A stretch of 19,913 nt of DNA from Gemmatimonadota bacterium (GTDB lineage: Bacteria > Gemmatimonadota > Gemmatimonadetes > Gemmatimonadales > GWC2-71-9). Location of the stretch: assembly GCA_036679605.1 (NCBI GenBank), contig JAZDCZ010000311.1, forward strand, positions 1 to 19,913, written 5' to 3'. The position numbers were made by a program, and so were the translations under genes. The stretch's first letter is position 1. The number at the start of each line of letters is the position of its first letter. Under the pieces are notes generated by a model that searched no databases, was not told the DNA's origin, and saw only the letters and a program-made list of their open reading frames with translations. This document shows, in pieces, positions 1-7,760 of this stretch.

Positions 1-82
1 GGTTTGGATCAACGATCTTGTCCAGGCGCGTGCGAAACAGCTGCCCCTGACTCTCGGTTTGCGATGGCTTGTGTGGCTGCAT
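1..82 (-). CDS. IS5-family transposase, N-terminal 27 codons (partial)
   Basis: Manual translation from ATG at 82: MQPHKPSQTESQGQLFRTRLDKIVDPN. This matches the usual IS5-subgroup start 'Q.xLFR.RLD.I+...HPL'. Too short to appear in the ORF track. Confidence 0.75.
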   Translation of the reverse strand, partial: MQPHKPSQTESQGQLFRTRLDKIVDPN

Positions 83-194
83 GAAATCCCCAGGTTTTGC
101 TCGCTATCAAACGCCGACCTGGTAATTCTACACCCTCGCTTTCAGCTAAAATAGTTGACTGCGCACAGACTTAGCTGCTTTTTCAGAGACGACT
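1..194 (-). mobile_element. Left end of an IS5-family insertion sequence (element continues off the window)
   Basis: Transposase N-terminus at 82->1. The candidate terminal inverted repeat reads AGTCGTCTCTGAAAAA on the minus strand (194-179), next to a YTAR-like CTAA (193-196). The exact end is uncertain by a few bases and the partner repeat lies outside the window. Confidence 0.7.
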
Positions 195-339
195 AAGTAG
201 CCACCAAGCGCTCCATGGTCCGGGTTCCGCAGAACACGTGGAGAGGGTGATCATCGCAACCTGCGAGGGGGCACGAATCGGTAAGTAGTAATCGGTTGAT
301 TCGTCTAATCTCGCGTTCTAACAGGACGGGAGTTCCCTA

Positions 340-915
340 ATGAATCCACGCCAATCGAACGCCGCGACCACCATTCCCGCAACCACTGGGCCTGCGCCCG
401 GCAAGAACGACCGCATCCATGTGCAACGCGAGTGGGTGGGGGCGCCTGAAGGGACGCTCGCCAATCCGACGGTCTGGCTCTTCGTCGCTACTGTCGCATC
501 GTTCGGGAGTGCTACCGGGGGCTATCTTGCCGGCGCTCTGCCCGCCTTCGGGGCGCTCGGGGCGGAGCTCGTCCTATTGGCCGTCGCCGTCGCCGCACTT
601 GCGACCGGCAACTTTACCGCCTTGGCCGTCGTTTGGTTTGTCCCGGCTCTATTTGCCATGGTCTTTCTGACGATGGCTTTCGACTATCTGCCGCACTACC
701 CCTGCGACTCGAGTGAACGCTACCTCGACAGTCGCGCTTATCCCGGCCGCACCGCGTTCGTCGTCTTGTTGGGCCAGAACTACCACCTCATCCACCATCT
801 TTGGACGACGGTTCCGTGGTATCGCTACCCGATAGTGTTCGACGCAATTCGGCCGCAGCTAGAAGCGCGCGGTGCGCGCATAGCCCCGGCACCGAACATC
901 TTTAAGTGCTTATGA
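340..915 (+). pseudogene. Fatty-acid desaturase / beta-carotene hydroxylase (CrtR-like) gene with an in-frame internal deletion
   Basis: GGGAG RBS before ATG 340. It has the N-terminal NPTVWLF segment, FDYLPH, and the third His box GQNYHLIHHLW..VPWYRY. His boxes 1 (HxxxH) and 2 (HxxHH) are absent, and 191 aa is short for the family. Confidence 0.75.
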
Positions 916-1088
916 CCCGGACATTTCCACTGCTTGTTACACAGCGTGAAGGCGACCTCTTCCCTGAACTTTGCAACTGGCTACGATAGGGGCTGCGGCG
1001 GGGATTCGGGCTGGTAGCGCCGCAGTGCCGACAGTGGCGTTTCGCAGGAAGACGTTCGCCGCTGTCAGGTCAATCAGGGGGGCACGAT

Positions 1089-1766
1089 TTGTCACCAGGT
1101 GGAGGAAAAACCCCGGTCGCGGGTTCCATCGCAATGCTCGAGGCAACGGCTGAGCCGGCCTTTGCCTGCGACGACGATGGCCGCATAGTTGCCTGGAACG
1201 TCTCTATTGAAGAGCTGTCCGGTTACTCGGCCCAGCAGGCCTTAGGTAGACCCTGCTGGGAAGTGCTGCGCGGGCACGATGTCTTCGGTAACACCTACTG
1301 TAACGAGTTCTGCAATGTGCGACGGACGCTCTCGCGCAACGAACCCATTCACGGCTTCGAGATGGATGTTCGCAAGGCATCGGGCGAGATGGTTCGTGTC
1401 CTAAGCAGTACGCTTGTTGTCGGTGGCGGGCGAGGCTCTAAGCGTATCACTATTCATCTCTTGCGACCTACGAGTCGCGTTGAGAGCACCGAGCATGAGC
1501 GTGGCGAACCGGCAGACTGTCTGAGTAGTGCGACTCCTGTTGCTTCTGTCATACCTCCGGCTGCCAATGGTTGTCCGAAGATGACGGCGCGGCAGATCGA
1601 GATCCTCGGGTATCTCGCCGAGGGCCGCAGTAGTAAAGCTATCGCACAAGCACTCGACATCAGCGTGCTGACCGTCCGTACGCATACTCGAAACATCCTG
1701 TCCAGATGCAGGGTTCACAATATCCGACAAGCGATGTCGGCGGCTCGACGCTACGGTCTGATCTAG
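1089..1766 (+). CDS. One-component PAS + LuxR/NarL-type HTH transcriptional regulator
   Basis: PAS domain: 'PAFACDDDGRIVAWNVSIEELSGYSAQQALGRPC'. LuxR HTH: 'MTARQIEILGYLAEGRSSKAIAQALDISVLTVRTHTRNILSR'. TTG start follows AGGGGGG (1076-1082); alternative ATG at 1134. Confidence 0.93.
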   Translation: MSPGGGKTPVAGSIAMLEATAEPAFACDDDGRIVAWNVSIEELSGYSAQQALGRPCWEVLRGHDVFGNTYCNEFCNVRRTLSRNEPIHGFEMDVRKASGEMVRVLSSTLVVGGGRGSKRITIHLLRPTSRVESTEHERGEPADCLSSATPVASVIPPAANGCPKMTARQIEILGYLAEGRSSKAIAQALDISVLTVRTHTRNILSRCRVHNIRQAMSAARRYGLI

Positions 1767-1792
1767 CAAAACAACACGAACATAACTCAACG

Positions 1793-1859
1793 TACCGCGA
1801 TTGTAGTACGACAACACTGCAATTGCAGTATAGCCAATGCGGTCGTGACAGCGTAATCT
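1793..1859 (+). promoter_or_regulatory. Two tandem 7-2-7 inverted-repeat boxes abutting a sigma70-like promoter
   Basis: TACCGCG-AT-TGTAGTA (1793-1808) and CACTGCA-AT-TGCAGTA (1815-1830), with centres 22 bp apart. These are followed by TAGCCA (1831-1836), a 17-bp spacer and TAATCT (1854-1859). Confidence 0.6.
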
Positions 1860-1939
1860 TTTGCTCGGTGTAAAGGCCACATAACCATGTATGGATGTAT
1901 GGATTGAGGCGACGTTTTCGGAAACGATAGGGGGACACC

Positions 1940-4291
1940 ATGTCAACGCATGTTCGGTTTGGTAGTTCCAGCTTCGCGCTGGCAGTTCTGGTACTCGTAC
2001 ACTTGGCTGCCCCTGCCGTATCCAGCGGTGAAGCGGAGCCGGTGCCCACCGCGTCGGCCGTCAAGAGCAACCGCGTCAAACCGCTTCCGTGTGCATCCGG
2101 ACGCTACCAGGTAACGGGCGCACCGCTCACGGCGGGCCAAGGGGCTCCCACCGCCGACGTGCTGGAAATCGGGCGGAGTAAGACCGCACTGCCGGGCATC
2201 TGTGGTCCCGTGCCCGCAAAGAGGTTCAAGGCCCGCAGGAGGGGGGGGGGCTTCACGAGGGTCAGGGTGAAGTGGGACATCGGTGCGTGCGCGGGCTTCG
2301 TCGGTAGGGTGAGGCTCACCGGAAAACTCGTGGACGGCTGCACCCGGCTCGAGGGCAGGCTCAAGGCGCGCAAGTTCAGGCAAAAGTTCGAGGCCCAGTC
2401 AGTTCCCCTGGAAACGCCGGTGATCACCAGCATCAGTCCGACGCAGGGCCCCATCGGCACAGAGATCACGATCATCGGCGAGAACTTTGGAGAGGTCCAG
2501 GGCGATAGCGTCGTCACCTTCAACTCCATCGAGGCTGTACCGGCCTTCAGCGGGCTCGGCGATGCTGGTCCGGACAACGGGGAAGCGGTCCTCGGCAAAG
2601 ACATCCTCATGTGGTCTGACACGGAGATCGTTGCCAAGATACCCGCGGGCGCCGTCACCGGCGATCCGGTCTTGAACTCCCCGATGGCGATCGGCGAGGT
2701 GATCGTCTCCCGCGGCACGTGGAAAGAGGTGACCCTGCCTCGCTTCCCCGAATACGGCGGAGATCAGTTGACCGTGACTATGCCGATCCTCAAGGACAGC
2801 AATGGTGTGCGGTTCGACACGATCGGCTCGATTACCTTGCCCAACGGGGAGACGAAAACGGTCGACGAGATGATCGTGATGGGACGCCTGCTTGCGACCA
2901 CGGCGACATTCGGCAATGAGCTCTTGTGGACCCCGAGTGTCCACAGCCGCTGCGACGGAGCCACCGGTGTGTGTGTGGACATCCCGTTCAAGAATTGCAC
3001 AAACGACGCCGATTGCAGGGGCGAAGGCGTGCCCTTTACCCGGGACATCGACCTGAACGACGACGGGCGCATTGACCCCTTTCCCACCGACCTGCCCGGG
3101 GGGTTTCTGGGAAACCCCGAAGCTGCCGGTCTGATGCCGGATCCTTTTGCGCAGACGGACCTGGGGGGGGGATGCCCGGGATGCGGAAGGCTCGACCTCG
3201 CCGGGCCGGGAGCGGTGGAGAATCGGTCGTCTGGCTATGTCGGTCTGCGTGCGATCACCGGTTCGGATGGGGTCGTGCGCTACGGAACCAACTGCGCCTT
3301 CTGCCACGCCGGGCCGGACCCGATCACAGGGATGCCCGTCGGGGGGATGGCCAACCCCAACATCCGGCTCGACTGGTTTACCGCGTTCTCCGAGCAAGTA
3401 ACGGAAGCGGATATCAATGATCCCATTTCGCCGTCGCGTAAGGAGATCGCCCTGCTGTGGGGGCCGGGCAAGATTGATCTCAACTTCCAGCTGGCCGGGA
3501 GCCTCGCGAAGGACCAGTCATTCTCCGTCCCTAACCATACCGGGTCGACGGGTTTCACCCGCTGGTTCTACGTTGGTGACCTGTTTCCGTGGCCACGGGA
3601 AGCCTGGATGGCCAGGCGCCGCGACCGCGAGATCATCGAATTCGTTCGCAACTTCGGTGCGGTCATTGCCTGGGGCGGGACCGTGGCTTGGACGGCGGAG
3701 GCACAACAGAAGCTGGGTGTCATCACCGGCCTGGGGCTCTACATGCATGCGGCCCAGACGAAGGCTAGGCGGCTGACAAACCCCGATATAGACCCGCAGG
3801 TAGCCGACCGGGGAAGACGGGTCTTCGAAGAAGCCGATCTAGGCGGCGGTCTCCGGTGCGCTGACTGCCACTCCCCTCACCTCCAGAGGTACACCAATGG
3901 GATGATCGTTCCGATCAGCGTGGTCGGGACCGATCCCCGCCTCGCCTTCGACAACTATCTAGATGACAACGGTCCATTTGGTGGTGGCCTGGCCACCAGC
4001 GATTTCTCCGGCTTGTTCGCGTATTTTCCGGGCGAGAGCAACCCCGACATTCGCGGATACCGGGTGCCAAAGCTGGTCAACCTGTTCGCCCGGAAGCGCT
4101 TCCTTCACGACGGCGCTCTAGCGACACTGGAGGAACTCTTCGAGACAGATCGACTCGCCCCGAGCTTTGTTGCCACTGGAACGCCGTCCGAAGCGGACGT
4201 TGCCGGCGTGGGTGTTACCGGACATCTGTGGGGCACAAACCTCTCGGCGGAAGACAAACAGGACCTAGTGGAGTTCCTCAAGACCCTGTGA
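1940..4291 (+). CDS. Secreted multidomain di-haem c-type cytochrome (RoxA / cytochrome c peroxidase-like fold) with an IPT/TIG domain
   Basis: Signal peptide; IPT/TIG 'PVITSISPTQGPIGTEITIIGENFG...WSDTEIVAKIP'; haem motifs CAFCH (3293-3307) and CADCH (3857-3871). The C-terminus 'GYRVPKLVNLF...FLHDG...GHLWGTNLSAEDKQDLVEFLKTL' is RoxA-like. GGGGGA RBS. Confidence 0.85.
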   Translation: MSTHVRFGSSSFALAVLVLVHLAAPAVSSGEAEPVPTASAVKSNRVKPLPCASGRYQVTGAPLTAGQGAPTADVLEIGRSKTALPGICGPVPAKRFKARRRGGGFTRVRVKWDIGACAGFVGRVRLTGKLVDGCTRLEGRLKARKFRQKFEAQSVPLETPVITSISPTQGPIGTEITIIGENFGEVQGDSVVTFNSIEAVPAFSGLGDAGPDNGEAVLGKDILMWSDTEIVAKIPAGAVTGDPVLNSPMAIGEVIVSRGTWKEVTLPRFPEYGGDQLTVTMPILKDSNGVRFDTIGSITLPNGETKTVDEMIVMGRLLATTATFGNELLWTPSVHSRCDGATGVCVDIPFKNCTNDADCRGEGVPFTRDIDLNDDGRIDPFPTDLPGGFLGNPEAAGLMPDPFAQTDLGGGCPGCGRLDLAGPGAVENRSSGYVGLRAITGSDGVVRYGTNCAFCHAGPDPITGMPVGGMANPNIRLDWFTAFSEQVTEADINDPISPSRKEIALLWGPGKIDLNFQLAGSLAKDQSFSVPNHTGSTGFTRWFYVGDLFPWPREAWMARRRDREIIEFVRNFGAVIAWGGTVAWTAEAQQKLGVITGLGLYMHAAQTKARRLTNPDIDPQVADRGRRVFEEADLGGGLRCADCHSPHLQRYTNGMIVPISVVGTDPRLAFDNYLDDNGPFGGGLATSDFSGLFAYFPGESNPDIRGYRVPKLVNLFARKRFLHDGALATLEELFETDRLAPSFVATGTPSEADVAGVGVTGHLWGTNLSAEDKQDLVEFLKTL

Positions 4292-4391
4292 GATGGCGGG
4301 GCGCACGCCGCAACCGCCACGGAGTGCAGCTTCGCTCGAGGCGCAAACGGCCGGGCGACTCGATCATTACGGATGCCGGGGGCTTTGTATT

Positions 4392-5540
4392 ATGAAACGT
4401 AGCGCCAACGTCTTTCGCGTGCTTGCAGGAACCGCGGTCGTTCTGGCGTGTACCGTCCTGGCTAAGGAGAGCCACGCGCAATTTACCACAGACGAGCTGA
4501 AGTGCAGGCAAACGATCGCGAAGAGCGGTGCAAAGCTTGCCGGCACCATTGGGAAGGTCCAGTCGCGCTGCCACAAGGACCGGCTCAAAGGCAAGGTGCC
4601 GGTGACGACCGAGTGTAACGATACCGCGCAAGCCGATACCAAAAACAAAATCCAGAGGACCAAGGACAAGCTGCGCGATCGCGTGGCGGGACCGAGCGGC
4701 AAGTGTACCGGGTTCAACCCGGCCTCACTTTCCTACTACAACTGTCCAGCGCCCTGCGACGCGCTGGTCCCCAGTCTTTCCGACTTCACGGACGTGGGCG
4801 AGTGTGTGATTTGCCTCGTCGAAACCGCGGTATCCGAGATGGAATCGATGGCCCAGGGTGCGCCGACGCCTCCCGTGTCCAAGGATGACGGCAAGTGCCA
4901 TAGAACAATCGGCAAGCGCCAAAACAAGCATCTCGCAGTCATTCTCAAGGAACGTACGAAGTGCCAGAAGCGTGAGGAGAAGAACGGGGCTACGACGACG
5001 ACGACGTGCTCGGGGGCGGATCCGAAAGGCAAGATCACCGCGGCCCGTACCAATGGGGAGAACGGAATCGCCACGAGCTGCACCGCGGCCGTACTGGCCG
5101 CGGTCGATTCGTGCAGCGTGGTGTCCATTTCCGAGCTTCAGATGTGTCTTTTCAGCGACTCAGACACGCGTGGCGAGGAAATATTCCAGATGTTCTATAG
5201 CCTTGGGAACGCTAGCTGGACACAGGTGATGGACGTCTTTGCCACCACCGGCTGCAACTCGCCGATTTGTCACGGTGGTATAGGAGCGTTTGGTGGCCTC
5301 GGCGGCCTCGACGACTTCAATGCCGGTCACGCCAACCTGGTCAACGCGCCGGTGCAGTGCCTTGGCAGTAGTTTCGCGTTGCGTGTTGTGCCAGGCGATT
5401 CCGCGAGCAGCTTCCTGATGGCCAAGCTCGACGGCACACACGACTGTGGGGTCCGGATGCCCTTTGCGGGGCCCCCACTATCGAACACCGACCGCAACGC
5501 GATTCGCGATTGGATCGACGCCGGAGCGCCGAAAGACTAG
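4392..5540 (+). CDS. Secreted protein with two Cys/Lys-rich helical repeats and a C-terminal mono-haem cytochrome c-like domain (CX4CH)
   Basis: The likely start ATG 4392 gives a signal peptide (MKRSANVFRVLAGTAVVLACTVLAKESHA). Repeats: 'KCRQTIAK...SRC...D.KNKI' and 'KCHRTIGK...TKC...DPKGKI'. CNSPICH at 5253-5273 is followed by 'VVPGDSASSFLMAKL...RMP...L...I.DWI.AGA'. Confidence 0.8.
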   Translation: MKRSANVFRVLAGTAVVLACTVLAKESHAQFTTDELKCRQTIAKSGAKLAGTIGKVQSRCHKDRLKGKVPVTTECNDTAQADTKNKIQRTKDKLRDRVAGPSGKCTGFNPASLSYYNCPAPCDALVPSLSDFTDVGECVICLVETAVSEMESMAQGAPTPPVSKDDGKCHRTIGKRQNKHLAVILKERTKCQKREEKNGATTTTTCSGADPKGKITAARTNGENGIATSCTAAVLAAVDSCSVVSISELQMCLFSDSDTRGEEIFQMFYSLGNASWTQVMDVFATTGCNSPICHGGIGAFGGLGGLDDFNAGHANLVNAPVQCLGSSFALRVVPGDSASSFLMAKLDGTHDCGVRMPFAGPPLSNTDRNAIRDWIDAGAPKD

Positions 5541-5562
5541 ATGCTATGCCTCGTCTGCCAAC

Positions 5563-5595
5563 GACGCCGTCATAGATAGCCACCTTGGCGGCGTC
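5563..5595 (+). terminator. Stem-loop after the cytochrome pair (possible terminator, no U-tract)
   Basis: GACGCCGTCA (5563-5572) pairs with TGGCGGCGTC (5586-5595), with one G-U pair and a 13-nt loop. Confidence 0.3.
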
Positions 5596-5688
5596 AGCCC
5601 CGAGGCGTTTGAACGCGCCTCATGATGAGGCTTCGGTTTGTCTACGGGATCGGGGGAAGTCCAATAGTTAGCCGATGCTGCGAGGCGG

Positions 5689-5697
5689 TGTTAACGT
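5689..5697 (+). promoter_or_regulatory. Extended -10 promoter, probably giving a leaderless antitoxin mRNA
   Basis: TG-T-TAACGT lies 7 nt before ATG 5705, with no Shine-Dalgarno in between. Confidence 0.45.
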
Positions 5698-5704
5698 AGT
5701 GTCC

Positions 5705-5905
5705 ATGAATCGGGTAGAATCTATTGAGAAAGAGATCCGAGCTCTCTCGCCAGAAGATCTAGCCACGTTACGGGAGTGGTTTCTTGAGTACGACGCCGCG
5801 GTATGGGACCAGCAGCTTGAGCAGGACGCACACACTGGCCGTCTCGAGGGGCTTGCGGAAGAGGCGGTCGAAGCTTACCGGAAACGGAAAACCACTGAGC
5901 TTTGA
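5705..5905 (+). CDS. Putative antitoxin (small acidic protein)
   Basis: MNRVESIEKEIRALSPEDLATLREWFLEYDAAVWDQQLEQDAHTGRLEGLAEEA..., a familiar partner type for ParE-like toxins. Its TGA overlaps the toxin TTG start (TTGA, 5902-5905). Confidence 0.82.
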   Translation: MNRVESIEKEIRALSPEDLATLREWFLEYDAAVWDQQLEQDAHTGRLEGLAEEAVEAYRKRKTTEL

Positions 5906-6156
5906 AGCACGTCGCCTCACCTCGGTTCTGGGCGTGCTACCACGCACTACCGCGTGAGATCCGAACCCTTGCAGACGAGAAATTCACGTTACTGAAGAGT
6001 GCTCCAAAACATCCGTCATTACACTTCAAACGAATCGGATCTCTCTACTCGTGTCGGATCGGCTTGCGATACCGAGCTCTCGGTACTCCGATCAACGACG
6101 GCGTCGTATGGTTTTGGCTAGGAACGCATGCTGAATACGATCGACTCGTCGGCTAA
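5902..6156 (+). CDS. ParE/RelE-superfamily toxin
   Basis: 84-aa basic protein 'FWACYHALP..I...A...F.LLK..P.HPSLHFKRIG.LYS.RIG..YRALG......WFW.GTH.EYD', translationally coupled to the antitoxin. Confidence 0.88.
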   Translation: MKHVASPRFWACYHALPREIRTLADEKFTLLKSAPKHPSLHFKRIGSLYSCRIGLRYRALGTPINDGVVWFWLGTHAEYDRLVG

Positions 6157-6257
6157 CTGATCAGCGATCGCCCCGGTAACGGTCAGCCTGATCTTCGGGA
6201 ACTGGACGATCGGCCTTTCAACGCGCATCACCCTGGCCCTGTCGGTGTCGATTCAGA

Positions 6258-6825
6258 TTACGGCGCTACCCGCTGCTGCGCTCCCGAGGTGACAAGACGC
6301 GGGCCCATTTGAATTCCGTCAACCGGCATTCCATGCAGATCGTTGGCATCAAGAACCGTGACGCTGAAGTCGCCTTCCTGAAGTTGTTTTGCAGCGGCAA
6401 ATCGACAGCTTACGGCATCGGTAGGCCCATCGAGTCCGGCAATCGAAATAACACCAACGTTAAGCCGCAGTCCGCGCGGCCCAACGGAAAGATTGAAGGC
6501 GACAAGACTTTCCGATCCACCTGCCGGCAGCGCAAAGCAGTCCACTAACGAACTGACCGCAGAATCAAAATCGACCGCGAACTGTAATGTCCCGACAGAC
6601 ACGGTATTTAAAACTCTGAAGAACACGGCCTGTGGCAGGTTAGATCGCACTGCCCGCCAACCGCGCAGTTGAGGTGAGCAACTCACCTGCAACATTACAT
6701 TGATCTACCGTGCAAGCGCTTCCTTCGTCCGCACACGTCGCTCCGGCAAAGCCGGTGCATTGTTGCGATGATTCATCGCAGAGCACATTGCAATCTTCAT
6801 TCAGCCGACACGGATCCCCCGGATC
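6258..6825 (-). pseudogene. 3' remnant of a secreted Cys-rich repeat protein with a C-terminal cohesin-like beta-sandwich; frameshifted and 5'-truncated
   Basis: 'GDPCRLNEDCNVLCDESSQQCTGFAGATCADEGSACTVDQCNVAGE' joins 'CSPQL...GTLQFAVDF...DC...LVAFN...VGVISIAGLDGPTDAVSCRF...GDFSVTVLDAND' if one base near 6680 is removed. No signal peptide or credible start. Confidence 0.65.
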
Positions 6826-7558
6826 CAGATGCACAAGGAATGCCTACTCCAGTCGGGACTGGGTTCTTCGTCTCGCCCGATGGCTGGTTCGCGACTGCTG
6901 CCCATGTCGTAAAGGACAAGGATGGGAACGTCCGTAATGACATTTCCAGTGCCTGGCTCCCGAAGAAGCAGGCCGCGGACCTTGTTGGCGCGATGTGCGA
7001 GGGTGTCTCGTTCGACTACATCAATCCGCAATGGGACATCGTTCTGCTAAGAGTCGACTTTGCGAAAAACAAGGACAGGGAATGGCTCAAGGGTAAGAAT
7101 TTGTTCCCGTTCATCGAGGTCTCTCGTCGACAACTGGAAGAAGGCGAACCTGTGTATTCCTTCGGATACCCGTTGTCGGAGGCACGTACCCAATAGCAGT
7201 CAGGGTTGATCGTTGGCGAAGTGTCCCTCAGTCCGAGGGTAACGTCGGCAATCGTGTCCTCTACGCTCGAGAAAACGAAGATGCTGATGTCGAGCGGCGA
7301 CGAGAAGATCTACGTCCTCGACAAGGCGCTCAACTATGGGAACAGTGGCGGACCCATTGTGGCCGCCGAGACTGGCAGAGTGCACGCGCTATGCTCTCGG
7401 TTTCAGCCGGTGATGGTCCCGAGCCGCACCTGACTGGTTCTGGAGGCAAGCAGATCGCTATCATAACGCCAAGCCTGTACGGGATCGTCCTTGCTCTGCA
7501 CAATCCAAGCATCCTGAAGGCCTTCAGTGAAAGATCAATTCCGACGACAGCAGCATGA
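6819..7558 (+). pseudogene. Trypsin-like (S1) serine protease pseudogene, a former integron cassette gene
   Basis: GTGFF, TAAH, DIVLL, GYP and GNSGGP motifs are all present. In-frame TAG at 7194-7196. A frameshift near 7421 is followed by 'PHLTGSGGKQIAIITPSLYGIVLALHNPSILKAFSERSIPTTAA*', ending at 7558, 4 nt before an attC. Confidence 0.88.
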
Positions 7559-7562
7559 CTCT

Positions 7563-7627
7563 GCCCAACAAGGCAATGCAGACAGACGGCCGTTTCGCGG
7601 CCGCCACTGATTGCCATGGCGTTTAGT
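7563..7627 (+). mobile_element. attC integron cassette recombination site (65 bp)
   Basis: Inverse core GCCCAAC (7563-7569). GGCAAT[G]CAG (7572-7581) pairs with CTGATTGCC (7607-7615), leaving one extrahelical base. Apical stem CGGCCG-TTTCG-CGGCCG. Core GTTTAGT (7621-7627) has one mismatch to GTTRRRY. Confidence 0.8.
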
Positions 7628-7636
7628 GACGTGCAT

Positions 7637-7760
7637 ATGGTCTCCACTTGGTATTTTGAACCCTCTGCGATAAACGCGTTCGCGGAAGGGCGAACTGTCC
7701 AGGACGCTGTCGCAACCAGGGCGTTCCAGGAAGTACGCGGTCGACGCTGGGTGATTTCCT
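7637..7760 (+). pseudogene. 5' fragment of the next cassette gene, PIN-domain-like N-terminus
   Basis: ATG lies about 10 nt after the core site. 'MVSTWYFEPSAINAF...RRWVIS' resembles PIN strand 1 (hhD/ExS) and strand 2. The sequence then degenerates (ORF stops at 7867). Confidence 0.4.

Larger units (their letters stand above)
5667..6157 (+). mobile_element. Integron-type gene cassette remnant carrying a toxin-antitoxin pair
   Basis: Starts with core site GTTAGCC (5667-5673) and ends with its exact reverse complement GGCTAAC (6151-6157), which overlaps the toxin TAA stop. No foldable rest of an attC follows. Confidence 0.55.

Noticed and set aside
2399..3397. 332-aa antisense ORF within the cytochrome gene
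   Set aside because: Antisense shadow with no recognisable motifs; the plus-strand gene has clear domains.
4293..4391. Upstream extension of the 415-aa ORF
   Set aside because: The signal peptide begins at ATG 4392 and the extension looks non-coding. The longest-ORF starts at 10647, 11197, 12123, 13427, 16938 and 17820 were likewise set aside for starts with better RBS or coupling.
4992..5006. (ACG)5 microsatellite
   Set aside because: In-frame Thr run in a linker; length changes would not shift the frame.
6158..6257. Possible attC body after GGCTAAC
   Set aside because: No matching L boxes or correctly placed GTT core could be folded, so only the inverse core is reported.
7194..7196. In-frame TAG in the protease as possible pyrrolysine or readthrough
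   Set aside because: The same gene also has a frameshift near 7421 and an apparently lost 5' end. The CAA-TAG-CAG context fits a simple CAG->TAG mutation.
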